Part shown: positions 51,445 to 64,000 of the stretch, in pieces
Position numbering within the stretch: position 1 is the stretch's first letter
Layout of the letters: each line of letters starts with the position of its first letter
From: Mobula hypostoma
Lineage: Eukaryota
Reading direction: 5' to 3'
NCBI RefSeq assembly: GCF_963921235.1
Contig: NC_086097.1
Coordinates: forward strand, 154,258,001-154,322,000
DNA: 64,000 bases
Made by a program: the position numbers and the translations under genes
The notes under the pieces: model-generated
The model's database searches: none
What the model saw: the letters and a program-made list of their open reading frames with translations, nothing else
What the model was told of the DNA's origin: nothing

Positions 51445-51703
51445 AACAACACAGGCAAACTGCTGGAGGAACTCAGAAAGTCAGGTAGCATCTCTGGAGA
51501 GGAGTAAACAGTCAATGTTTTCGGCTGAGGCCCTTCATCACACAGTACCTATGGAGGGAATCCTGATAAATTCATGAAGGATCTCGGCTTGAAATGTCAA
51601 CTGTTTATTTCTCACCATAGATGCTGCCTGACCTTCTGAATTCCTCCAACATCTTGTATGCATTGCTCAAGATTGCCAGCATCTGTAGAATCTCTTGTGT
51701 CTG
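51445..51703. mobile_element. Collapsed inverted PLE pLTR pair with two decayed hammerhead motifs
   Basis: 51445-51540 is the reverse complement of about 51572-51666. Confidence 0.75.
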
Positions 51704-52599
51704 AAGCTGAAGCTCCAGAACTGGTATTCTCACATGGGGATGTTTTGCAGAATAAGGGATGCAGGCAAGAAAATAACAGACACTTGAGTCAGAAGTCAGT
51801 CAACAGAACAGGAATAAGTTGAATTTGTAGCATAATCTAACAGCAGAGTTTACTTTGTTGAATCCCTTTCTCCCTCCCTCAAGTGGAAAGATCATTTTCA
51901 CTAAAATACATTTCCAAACAACAAGCATTTTCAAGTATACCTTCAAATAAACCCAAGAAAATCCAGCAATTATTTTCACAGTAATAGTAAAAGACTCCTA
52001 ATGAACAGAAAGATAGTCCATATTGCACCATCCAGGAGGTGGTTGCAGAGTACTTGAGATGCAACCGGCCAGTCTTCCCAGGCAATCCTTCACAGTCATA
52101 TTCTCTTACAATGCCACAGTTTAAAGCAACACATGTATTTCTTTTCCTAGCTTAAGCCAATCCTTTCAGAATAGATCAGAGGACGATGATGAGACAAGGT
52201 CTCAGCTTTACTCTTATTAACTCAAGGGCATGAGAGATGCCATAGATAATCCCCAAATGACTTGTGGCTGTGGCCAAAAGTCTCAGTGCATATTGCAGTA
52301 TTGTAAATCATTTAATTCATTAGATTATACGTCGATTTAATATTTAAGAAAACAAAGCTTGCAACTGGCAAGAAGCTTTATGGCTAAAGTGGTGCAGTTT
52401 AAAAGCAATTAGTCTTCATCTTGTTATCTAATATCTTAAGATCTGCCTGTGAAATGTCACTTCATTTTCCCCAGGAACTTTCATTTAGTACTTAAAATCT
52501 TTATTTTGTATTGTCATGAAGTGTTGAAAGTGTTTTTTCCCTCAGGCTGGAGGGCATTTATGAGGATGCTTTGGGACTCAAGGGGCTGTTATGGAGAGA

Positions 52600-52985
52600 T
52601 GTAAAGCAGGCTAAAGCTTTGTTCATAGAGAATGAGGCCTGACGTTGTAGAGGTATGTAAAATCATGAGGAGCATAAAGAATATCAATGTCTCTTACCTA
52701 GGTTTGAGGAAACAAGAACTAGAGGGAATAGGTTTAATGTGAGAGGGGAGAGATTTAATAGAAATCTAAAGGACAATATTTTCTACCCAGAGTGGTCAGT
52801 ACATGAATGAGCAGCCAGAGGAAGTAGTTGAACCAGGTACATTAGCAACGTTAGGTACAGGCACATGGATACGAGAGGATTTGAGGGACATGGGCCACAC
52901 ATGGACAAATGGGACTGGTTTCGAGGGGAATCTTGGTCGGCCTGGAGTAGTTGGGCCGCTGGGTCTGTTGTCATGCTGTATAACT
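52600..52985 (+). mobile_element. Old CR1 3' fragment
   Basis: VEVCKIMRSI and TRGNRFNVRGERF remnants plus a 3' UTR. Confidence 0.65.
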
Positions 52986-53106
52986 AAAAGTTTTTCCTTC
53001 TGAGGGATCAATGAACAGACCGATTTAGCAATAGAGAATCCTGCATTCATAGTTCACAGCCATTGCTCCTCGTGCAAAACTGGGGTGGCCATATTTTATT
53101 TAACCT

Positions 53107-56100
53107 CAAATATGAAAAGAAAAGCTTACGAAAGGTTCAAAAAACTAGGTAATGATAGAGATCTAGAAAATTATAAGGTTAGCAGGAAGGAGTTTAAGAA
53201 TGAAATTAGGAGAGCCAGAGGGGCCATGAGAAGGCCTTGGGGAGCAGGATTAAGGAAAACCCCAAGGCAGTCTACAAGAATGTGAAAAGCAAGAGGATAA
53301 GATGTCAGAGAATAGGACCAATCAAGTGTGACAGTGAAAAATTGTGTATGGAACCGGAGGAGATAGCGGAGATACTTAATGAATACTTTGTTTCAGTATT
53401 CACTATAGAAAAGGAAATTGGCGATTGTAGGGATGAGTTACAGCAGACTGAAAAGCTTGAGCATATAGATATTAAGACAGAGGATGTGCTGGAGCTTTTG
53501 GAAAACATCAAGTTGGATAAGTCACCGGGACCGGATGAGATATAGCTCAGGCTACTGTGTGAGGGGAGGGAGAAGATAGCTAGGCCTCTAGCAATGATCT
53601 TTGCATTACCAACGGACAGAGGAGAGGTTCCGGAGGATCAGAGAGTGTCATATGTTGTTTCCTTATTCAAGAAAGGGAGTAGAGATAGCGCAAGAAATTA
53701 TAGACCAGTGAGTCTTAGTTCAGTGGTTCGTAAGTTGATGGACAAGATCCTGAGAGGCAGGATTTATGAACATTTGGAGAGGCATAATATGATTAGGAAT
53801 AGTCAGCATGGCTTTGTCAAAAGCAGGTTGTGCCTTATGAGCCTGATTGAATTTTTTGAGGATGTGACTAAACACATTGATGAAGGTAGAGCAGTAGATG
53901 TAATGTATATGGATTTTAGCAAGGCATTTGATAAAGTACCCGATCTAAGGCTTATTGAGAAAATAAGGAGGCATGGGATCCAAGGGAACCTTGCTTTGTG
54001 GATCCAGAATTGGCTTGCCCACAGAAGGCAAAGAGTGGTTGTAGATGGGTCATATTCTGCATGGAGGTTGGTGACCAGTGGTGTGCCTCAGGGATCTGTT
54101 CTGGGACCCATTCTCTTTGTGATTTTTATAAATGACCTGGATGAGGAAGTGGAGGGATGGGTGAGTAAATCTGCTGATGACACAAAGGTTGGGGGTGTTG
54201 TGGATAGTGTGGAAGGCTGTCAGAGGTTACAATGGGACATTGATAGGATACAAAACTGGACTGAGAAGTGGCAGATGGAGGTCAACCCAGATAAGTGTTA
54301 GGTGGTTCATTTTGATAGGTTAAATATGATGGCAGAATATAGTATTAATAACCATATAACCATATAATGATTACAGCACGGAAACAGGCCATCCCGGCTC
54401 TACTAGTCTGTGCCGAGCTCTTACCCTATCCTATTCCCTCCAACCTGCACTCAGCCCATAACCCTCCATTCCTTTCCTGTCCATATATCTATCCAATTTA
54501 ATTTTAAATGACAACATAGAACCTGCCTCAACCACTTCTGCTGGAAGCTCATTCCACACAGCTACCACTCTCTGAGTAAAGAAGTTCCCCCTCATGTTAC
54601 CCCTAAACTTTTGTTCTCTAATTCTCAACCCATGCCCTCTTGTTTGAATCTTCCCCACTCTCAATGGAAAAAGTCTAACCACGTCAACTCTATCAATCCC
54701 CCTCATAATTTTAAGTACCTCTATCAAGTCTCCCCTCAAGCTTCTACGCTCCAAAGAATAAAGACCTAACTTGTTCAACCTTTCTCTGTAACTTAGGAGA
54801 GGAAACCCAGGCAACATTTTAGTAAACCTCCTCTGTACTCTTTCAATTTTTATTGACATCTTTCCTATAATTTGGTGACCAGAACTGTACATAATACTCC
54901 AGATTTGGCCTTACCAATGCCTTATCAAATTCAACATTACATCCCAACTCCTATACTCAATGCTCTGATTAATAAAGGCCAGCAAACCAAAAGCTTTCTT
55001 CACCACCCTATCCACATGAGATTCCATCTTCAGGGAACTATGCATCATTATTCCTAGATCCCTCTGTTCTAAAGCATTCTTTAATGCCCTACCATTTACC
55101 ATGTATGTCCTATTTTGATTAATTCTACCAAAATGTAGCACCTCACATTTTTCAGCATTAAACTCCATCTGCCATCTTTCAGCCCACTCTTCTAACTGTC
55201 CTAAATTTCTCTGCAAGCTTTGAAAACCTACCTCATCATCCACAACACCACCTATCTTAGTATCATCTGCATACTTACTATTCCAATTTACCACCCCATC
55301 ATCTAGATCATTAATATATATTACAAACAACATTGGACCCAGTACAGATCCTTGAGGCACACCACTGCACACCGTCCTCCAATCTGACACACAGTTATCC
55401 ACCACTGCTCTCTGGCATCTCCCATCTAGCCACTGCTGAATCCATTTTACTACTTCCATATTAATGCCTGACGATCGAACCTTCCTAACTAACCTTCCAC
55501 GTGGAACCTTGTCAAAGGCCTTACTGAAGTCCATATAGACAACATCCACTGTTTTACCCTCGTCAATTTTCTTAGTAACCACATCTAAAAATTCAATAAG
55601 ATTTGTCAAACATGACCTTCCACACACAAATCCATGTTGACTGTTCCTAAACAGACCCTGTCTATCCAGAAAATTATATATACCATCTCTAAGAATACTT
55701 TCTATCAATTTACCCACCACTGACGTCAAACTCACAGGCCGATAATTGCCAGGTTTATTCTTAGCACCCTTTTTAAACAATGGACCCACATGAGCAATAC
55801 GCCAATCCTCCGGCTAGAATTCCCGTTTCTAATGACATTTGAAATATTTCTATCAGAGCCCCTGTTATTTCTACACTAACTTCCCTCAAAGTCCTAGGGA
55901 ATATCTTGTCCGGACCCGCAGACTTATCCACTTTTATATTCCTTAAAAGTGTCAGTACTTCCTCTTCTATAATGTTAAGACTCTTGGCAGTGTGGAATAT
56001 CAGAGGGATCTTGGGGTCTGTGTCCATAGGACACTCAAAGCTGCTGCACAGGTTGACTGTGTGGTTAAGAAGGCATAAGGTGCATTGGCCTTCATCAATC

Positions 56101-56620
56101 GTGGGATTGAGTTCAAGAGCCGAGAGTTAATGTTACAGCTATATAGGACCCTGGTCAGACCCCACTTGGAGTACTGTGCTCAGTTCTGGTCACCTCACTA
56201 CAGGAAGGATGTGGAAACTATACAAAGGGTGCAGAGGAGATTTACAAGGATGTTGCCTGGACTAGGGAGCATGCCTTATGAGAGTAGGTTGAGTGAACTT
56301 GGCGTTTTCTCTTTGGAGTGACAGAAGATGAGAGGTGTATAAGATGATGAGAAGTATTCATTGTCTGGATAGTCAGAGGCTTTTTCCCAGGGCTGAAATG
56401 GCTAACATGAAAGGACACAGTCTTAAGGTGCTTGGAAGTAGGTACAGAGGAGATGTCAGGGGTAAGTTTTTTACACAGAGAGTGGTGAGTGCGTGGAATG
56501 GGTTGCCGGTGACGGTGGTGTAGGTAGATACAATAGGGTCTTTTAAGAGACTCCTGGATAGGTACATGGAGCTTAGAAAGATGGAGGGCTATGGGTAACC
56601 CTAGGTAATTTCTAAAGCAC
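53107..56620 (+). mobile_element. CR1 LINE (RT ORF 53594-54301) split by an opposite-strand CR1
   Basis: KSPGPDEI, NYRPVSLSSVV, DFSKAFDKVP, ADDTK. Resumes at about 55974 in register with the copy at 23770-24460. Confidence 0.9.
54350..55969 (-). mobile_element. Young 5'-truncated CR1 LINE (RT ORF 54911-55789)
   Basis: 292-aa RT stretch including KYADDTKIGG, C-terminal ORF 54431-54892, (TATATGGT)n tail on minus. Confidence 0.92.
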
Positions 56621-56924
56621 ATTTCCAAAATAGGACATCAATTTGCATTACAGTCATTTGCTGTTCCCCATACACAATTTTTCATTTTATGGAAAAAACC
56701 CAAAGCATGGGGCTTAAAGGATAAGCTCAGTACAAAAGAACTATACTGCAACATTGACGATGCTAAACACAAATATCTACATTATGCATTAGTTAACTGG
56801 AACAATTTCAAGATTCAGATGGAAAGCTAATGATCTGAAACTTTAATTCTATTTCCCTCCCATAAATGCTGCATGGCATGGCAGAGAGAAAGAGAAAGAA
56901 TGAGAGACAGGGAGACAAAACACA

Positions 56925-59150
56925 AATTTCCACTCTCACTTCTTGCTTACGCTTTATATACTATATCTGAAAAACTTCTGGTATCCCATTTTATATTATT
57001 GACTAGCTTTCTTTATTATTTCATCCCTTCTCTTTCCTTATTGCTTTTTAATTGACTTTTGTTGGTTTTAAAAGTTTCCCAGATCCACTATTTCTCTGTT
57101 AGATTGCATGTCCTCTCTTTTGCTTTTATGCTGTCTTTGACTTCCCTTATCATCCACAGTTGCCTTTAGAATGCTTCTTTTTTTGGGATGTATCTATCCT
57201 GTGCATTCCAAATTGTGTCCAGAAACCCAGACATTGCTGTTCTGCTGTCATCCCTGCTAGTAACTCCCTCTAATCAATCTTGTCCAGCTCTTCTATCATG
57301 CTTCAGTAAATCCCTTTAATCCACTGTAATACTGATACATCTAATTTTAGCTTCTCCCCCTCAAACGGCAGGGTGAACTTTGTCATTATGATCACTTCCT
57401 CCTAAAGGTTCCTCCTGAAGCTTCTTTATCAAATCTGGTAATTTCACAGCACCCAGTCAAGAATTATCTTTTCCCTAGTGGGCTCAAACATAAGTTGCTC
57501 TTAAAAAGCCATCTCATAGGATTCTACAAATCCTTCTTTTGGGATCCAGCACCAACCTGACTTTCCCAATCTACAAGCATATAGAAATCCCCCACAACTA
57601 CCGTAACATTGCCCTTTTTACATGCCTTTTCTATTTCCCATTGTAATTATGCTCCACACCCTGGTGACTATTTGGATGCCTGTATACAGCTCTTGCAATT
57701 TCTTAAGTCTACGCACAAGGATTCTACATCTTCTGATCGCATGTCATTTCTAATTTCATTTTTTACCAACAGAGTCACTCCACCCCCTCAGTTTACCAGC
57801 TTGTCCTTTTGCTAGAATTTATATCTTTGGATGTTAAGCTCCCAACTGTGATCTTCCTTCAGCTATGACTCAGTGATGTCCACAATGTCCTACTGCCAAT
57901 TTCTGACTGACCTACAAGATCATCTAACTTATTCTGTATGCTGTGTGCATTCAAGTGTAATTTCTTCAGCACTTCTTCAATCGTGCTCCATGTTATCATA
58001 GGGTAAATTCTTAACCCTTTCAGAACATTTTGTCTTTTTATTTATTCTGGATACATTCGTAACTTCTCCAGCACTCTGCTTCCCTTTTACATTATCATCA
58101 CTTGTGAACTCACTATTTAGTCTCAAGACACACTTCAACCCATCCTACCAACTGCAATTTTGCCCTATCAACTGCCCATCCTTCCTTACAGTCTCACTAC
58201 TTGTAAACCAACTACCCCATCCTCTACCCTATCACGCCAGCTACCACTCCTCACATATATGTTTAAACCCTCCCCAACAGCTCTAGCAAACCTGCCCGCA
58301 AATATATTGGTTCAGGTGTAATCTATCTTTTTTGTCCAGATCCTATCTTCCCCAGAAGAGATCCCAATGATTCAGAAATCTGAAACACCACCACCTGCAC
58401 CAAATCCTCAGTCATACGTTTATCTGCCACATCATCCTTTTATTACCCTCACTGGCTTTTGGCATGGGTGGCAATTCAGAGATTACTACCATTGAGATCT
58501 TGCTTTTCAGCTTTCTACCTAGCTCCCTATATTCTCTCTCCATTGCCTCATCCATTTCCTATCTATGTTGTTGTATCACCACTCTGTTAGCTTGTCCTCG
58601 GTCTTTAGAATGTTGTACACCTGATGCAAGATGTCCTTGACTCTGGCACCTGGAAGACAATGTATCATCATGGTGTCTCCTTCACATCCACACTATCTCC
58701 TATCTGCTTTCCTTTCTTTCTGAGCCACAGAGCCAGACTCAGTGCCAGAGAACTAGCTGTTGTGGCTTTTATCTGGTAGGTCATCCCACCCCCTCCCCCA
58801 GTATCCAAAACAGTATACTTATTATTGAGGGGAACATCACAGGGGTACTCTGCACCGTCTGCCTATTCTCCTTCCCTCTCCCGAGAGTCACCCACCTTCC
58901 TGCTTCCTGCAACTTCGGGATGACCACCTCCCTTTAGATCTTATCTATCATCTCTTCATTCTCCCATATGAACTGAAGTTCATCCGGTTGCCTCTCCAGT
59001 TCCCCAACATGGGTTGTAAGGAGCTGTAGCTGATTGCATTTCGTGCAGATGCAGTTATCAGGGAGACTGGATGTATCCTAGAGCTCCCACATCTCACGTC
59101 GTGAACAGACCACTGACCCTGGACCCATTCTCACCTCTGCACCATAGACA
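56925..59150 (-). mobile_element. Old CR1 fragment (ORF1, endonuclease and linker)
   Basis: Alignable by eye to 44324-45090 (GGGATCCAGCACCAACCTG). ORF1-like region at about 58300-59100. Confidence 0.7.
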
Positions 59151-61054
59151 AAGGAAGTATCTTACTGCTTGTGTTGTTTTGCTGAACACTGTAGGCATGC
59201 TATGTTGGAGTCAGAAAGCGTGGTGACAATTGTGGCCTGTCTCCCAGTACATCCTTGGGTATGTCAATTGTCAACACAAACAATGCATTTCACTGGAACT
59301 GTGATAAATAAATCTGAATCTGAATAGTTTTTAAGAGTAGGTTAAAACATCTGCTCATGCACTGTAGTGTTCCACGTTCGATATGAATCTCGATCTATGT
59401 ATACATCTACTGATAAATCCCAGAAATGCTTATGTCATATTAACCTCTTTCTCAACCTGCCCTGCCACTTTCAATATCATATGTACTAATAGCTCCAGAT
59501 CCTTCTGCTCCCGTACCACTTTTAGATAAGTCTTATTCTATATTCCCTGCCCTTAGTCTTCCTATATCACTTCATATTTCTCAACTGTAATCTTCATCTG
59601 CCCACTCTAGTAGCCTGTTCATTATCTGCTGCAATTGCCACCTCCTTTGCAATTCACAAATTTTGTATTATCTGCAATTCTATAGATTAAAACTTGCCCC
59701 CTGAAATCCACATCATTAATAACAATGGAAAAAAAGCGTTAGCACTAGGGAACACCCCTTTCACCTTCAGCCAGCCCAAGAAACAACAATTCACCATGAG
59801 AGTGTTGCTTGTTATTTAGCCACCTTCCTATCCATGTCAGGAATGTTTCTTTCATGCCATGAGTTTCACCTTTATTGATTATCCTGTACACTGGACCACC
59901 ACCCACTTAACGGGCACAACATGTCCCAAAGGCAGGGACCAGCTAACGTGAATCAATTAACATAATATCTGACCCACTGCAGTACTTTGTCATTCTATAC
60001 TCATGACTTTTCCTGCATAAAATCATTCAGAGGTTACATCTTGCCAGCGATGGGTAGCAGCAGGTGGAGACAATATATCAATGTATGACTTCTAATGATG
60101 TGATCTTGGAAGATCTGAAATGTCAATCTATAAATGAAAATCAGTCAAGGATGATCATTTTAATGACTGAAATCTTTCGATAAGATTCAATCACCTAAAC
60201 ATGAATAGTGATAACTCAAGCCGAACAGAATGTGGGTTTTTTCTTTTGCAAAAATGTATCCATCAAGTTTCTTTTATGGAAAAACCAAAAACTCATCTGT
60301 GCTGTCTGGAACTGTCTGATTGAGAGTACCCAGGTGAACATAGTACATTACATTTAATAATTTTACAGCATTTTCTGATTTGTTTTAGGTGGGAGACCCA
60401 AACTGAAAGCAGCTTTTCAAATACGGCTGTTATATTACAACAGAGATCCTCCCAATAATAAATTCCTCCCACATAAGGCTCTACATGTGTTCAATTATGC
60501 TATTTTTAAAGTAGATAATACACAATATCTATGTTGTGTAAATAAATAACCAAGGTTTCATCTATCTGCAATAATTGGAACAATCTGAGTGTTACAATGT
60601 GTTCGATATTATCCAAATGAGTAAAACAAATTCTATGCTGCATTAAATTGGACACTGTCTTGGATTTTGGCTCAATTGTCACATGCAGATAATAAAAATA
60701 TCCCTCACTACTGGCAATATGCATCCTTTGAACAAAGGATTTGGGAAGACTATCTCAGATTCAATAATCAATTGAACCAAAATGGATTCAATATCTAAAG
60801 GCACCATTAAGATAGCAATATATGACCTGGACATCTATCCCACCAGTATTCTAGATACTGCTCTTTTGGAGTTTAGGCTGAAATATATTTTGCACAGCAG
60901 TTCTGTTGGGTCCTGAAGGATAGCCCAGAATGGCCTTAATTCTTTGGAACTCTGTTTATTGCCCCATAACGCCAATATTCAGAACAGAATCGGTCTCAAG
61001 CAACAGGTGTTAATCCTTGGAAATGTACTGTCCACCCTCTGTTTCTAAGACTAA

Positions 61055-61420
61055 TTAGTCCTCAGGCAAGAGGGGGGGGGGGTGCTCTTGCACTGATAAC
61101 CAGAGGTGCTCCACAGCTGTTTTGTACTTGTGGCTCAGGGTGGTGAGACTGGGGAAGTAAGAAGGGCTTAAGAATTTGTAGCCTGCTGTGGGGAGAGACT
61201 GGTGCTTGTGGTGGGGGAGGATTATAAGCACAGCAGGTGGTGAAGAGTTCAGGCTAGCATTTGTGATGGAGGGTGGAAGTTTAGCCCAGCATTTGGGGAT
61301 GAAAAAGACAAGATTAGCCAGGTACTGGGTTGGTGTTTCTTTGGACAGCATCTCAGCTTTTCAAAGGAGTTGGGAGGGGGCAGTGGAATGTACTGAGAAA
61401 GGGTCGATGTGCTAAGAAAG
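61055..61420 (-). mobile_element. Very old LINE ORF2 C-terminal remnant
   Basis: Frameshifted DAVQRNT..YLANLVF..NAGLNFHPPSQML resembles CR1/L2-group C-termini. Confidence 0.35.
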
Positions 61421-61555
61421 GACTGTGGGAGGGGGGAGGATGGGACTAGCTGTAAAATTAGGTGGGGTGCAGAATCAGTGATGTCATAAATAGGCACTTA
61501 TGGTGCGGTAGGGAGAAAAACCATGAGGGGAGGTGTTGCTCAGTTTTACAGTATA

Positions 61556-61558
<3 letters not shown>

Positions 61559-61589
<31 letters not shown>
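61559..61589. repeat. (GT)n microsatellite
   Basis: About 15 perfect GT units. Confidence 0.95.
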
Positions 61590-61590
<1 letters not shown>

Positions 61591-62329
61591 AATGATAAAA
61601 TTGGTGTTATTTATTAATATCATACTGTCTCCAAGATCAGTTTTGTGTGTTTATGATCCTATTGCTCTATATGTACCTTACAATGGGTATATTGAGGGGG
61701 AAAAACGTACAAGTTTCCCTGCAATCCTCCAAAAGGAAGTTAAACAGGCAGTGACACTGTCCAGATCATTCCTGATGAGGGAATTGCCTCAGTCACATGA
61801 GAGACTCATGACAGGCAGTGTGCAGATAAATTTCCTGCCTGAAGTTATTTGGTCCAGAAATATTCAAATTGATTTCCAGTTTAATAGTGTCTAAAATGGT
61901 GGGCTATGATCTGTTTTCCAGGGTAAATATTGAGGAAGGTAGAAAAACTCTTTGCTCTGGGCATCACTTTGTCAGAACAGATAAGAAAGCTTGAATAAGA
62001 AAGGAATGTACTTCTCAATAGCAATAGTCTGCGTCTTGATGTGCACATATGCTGCATCCACAGTGTTTAAAGAATTTGTACAGTTCTCTAATTGGGTGAT
62101 GTAACCAGTATTGTGATTGCCTAAAATGAGATCATGTGGCATTCAAACTAATGACTACTGCTTGGAGTGCACATTTAATTAAGGGTTTAATCTTGCACAT
62201 GCCTAATTATTAGTGAGTCAGTTCCTTAATAAAACAAGCTGGTTTGTATTTGTAACCCTGATAAATGAGAGATGAGCACCATGTAATTAAAGTGATATCC
62301 CATACGGTACAGTCATGACAAGAATCGAC

Positions 62330-63960
62330 ATTCGGACATTAGAGCTTATCGACAGGAGCAGGCCATTCGGCACAACAAAGCTTGCTAAATTCACATAGTG
62401 TGTTAAAATAACTATCAAATTTAGATTTGAAAGTCTCTAAGCTATTATTCTCAACCACACAACTAGGTAGTTTGTTCCTTGTATCCGCAACTCACTGTGT
62501 AAAGAAATGCTTCCTGTTGTTAGTCTGAAATCTCCTCTTAACCAGTCTCCACCTGGGCACCATGTCCTTGATGATGGATTAATTTCAAGGTTGCAGCTGG
62601 CATCCACTTTACTTATACACTTAATGACTTTGAACACTTCTATCATGCCTCCTCTCATTCTACATCTACTTACGCTAAAAAGATTTAATTCTTTCAATCT
62701 TTTTCATAGCTCATACCCTGAAGACCTGGAACGAGTCTAGTCACCCTTCTCTGGACTCTCTCCCGTGCCTTCACATCCCTCACACAAAATGGAGACCAAA
62801 ATTGTACACAGTATTCAAGGTGTGGCCTCATAAGCGCATTGTACAGCTTAAGGAGAACATCTCCAAACTTGAACTCCACTGAGCGCATTATATAGCCCAA
62901 CATTCCATTAGCCTTCCTAATCACTTCTGTGTATTGTCTAGATGTTGATAGGAATGAGTCAACCAGGATGCCCAAATCCTTCTCACACAGTGCACTTTCT
63001 AACTCCAGACCCCCCCACTGTATATTTATATCTAATATTTCTACTTCCTATATGTAATATTGTATTGGCCTTCATCAACCGTGGGATTGAGCTTAGGAGC
63101 CAAGAGATATATAGCTATATAGGACCCTGGTCAGACCACACTTAGAGTACTGTGCTTAGTTCTGGTCATCTCACTACAGGAAGGATGTAGGGAGCAGAGG
63201 AGATCTACAAGGATGTTGCCTGGATTGGGGAGCATGTATTATGAGAATAGGTTGAGTGAACTCAGCCTTTTCTCCTTGGAGCAACAGAGGATGGGAGGTG
63301 AACTGATAGAGGTGTACAAGATAATGAGATGCACTGATCGTGTGGATAGTCAGAGATTTTTTCCCAGGGCTGAAATGGCTAGCACGAGAGGGCATAGTTT
63401 AAGGTGCTTGGAAGAAGGTACAGAGGAGATATCAGGGGTAAGTTTTTTTTACACAGAGAGTGGTGAGTGCGTGGAATGGGCTGCCAGTGACGATAGTGGG
63501 GGTGGATATGATAGGGTCTTTTAAGAGACTCCTGGATATACATGGAGCTTAGAAAAATGGAGGACTATGGGTAACCCGAGTAATTTCTAAAGTAAGTACA
63601 TGTTTGGCACAGCGTTGTAGGCCAAAGGGCTACGTAATTTCTATGTTTCTATGTTAATACTTTACATTTACTTAGATTAAATTTCATCTGCCATTTAACT
63701 ACCCACATCTGGATTTTGTTATGATCTAACTGTATTGATTCTGCTGCCAGAATGTTATCAGCCCGTCCCCTTAATTTTGTGTCATTGGCAAACTTTACCA
63801 GTTTATTTGCTGTGTGCTTATCCCAATCATTAATATAAATTATAAACAGCAGCTCCCCCAAAATCCATCTCTGCAAAATCCCACCTTTAACTCTTCTAGG
63901 TGTAAAAATTATCCTGTCACTGAGAAGACCACTTTGTCAGTTCTGTCTCTAAGCTTTCCA
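62330..63960 (-). mobile_element. CR1 LINE 3' portion split by a plus-strand CR1
   Basis: KFANDTKL, LMRPHLEYCVQFWSP, RGGMIEVFK. Confidence 0.85.
63061..63650 (+). mobile_element. 5'-truncated CR1 nested in a CR1
   Basis: Same subfamily as 23498-24561, with a TTTCTATG tail. ATGT(T)AATA at both junctions. Confidence 0.88.
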
Positions 63961-64000
63961 TCTAATTCTTTAAATTTGTCTTGTAGAACTGACAGCCTGT

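Noticed and set aside
61770..61800. CTGATGAG followed by a short stem, a possible hammerhead
   Set aside because: No GAAA box after the stem and no stem I.
1..64000. Prokaryotic systems (CRISPR, retron, DGR, operons), tRNA and rRNA genes
   Set aside because: No repeat-spacer array or gene-dense structure. All RT motifs belong to eukaryotic LINE or PLE families, and the tRNA-like boxes belong to SINE heads.

Overview
This is eukaryotic, repeat-dense, gene-poor DNA with no prokaryotic operon structure. The repeat inventory (CR1 and Rex1/Babar-like LINEs, RTE, V-SINE/HE1-like SINEs, Penelope-like elements) fits a cartilaginous fish, probably a ray or skate; this is an inference. Almost all ORFs in the track are frameshifted retroelement fragments. 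Main observations: (1) About ten Penelope-like (PLE) terminal-repeat insertions. Most carry a minimal type I hammerhead ribozyme motif (CAGUC-CUGANGA-A-GGG..CCC-GAAA-CGUC-GACUG), whose core is intact at 18288-18325. They have 13-15 bp target-site duplications (TSDs) and a stereotyped inverted architecture. (2) An internally deleted Gypsy-type LTR element (5071-8335) containing a young RTE copy, and a solo LTR with a 5-bp TSD. (3) A multi-level nested retroelement stack at about 37.8-45.7 kb. (4) A few low-confidence minus-strand exon candidates of an unidentified host transcript. Repeat boundaries are approximate unless a TSD is given.
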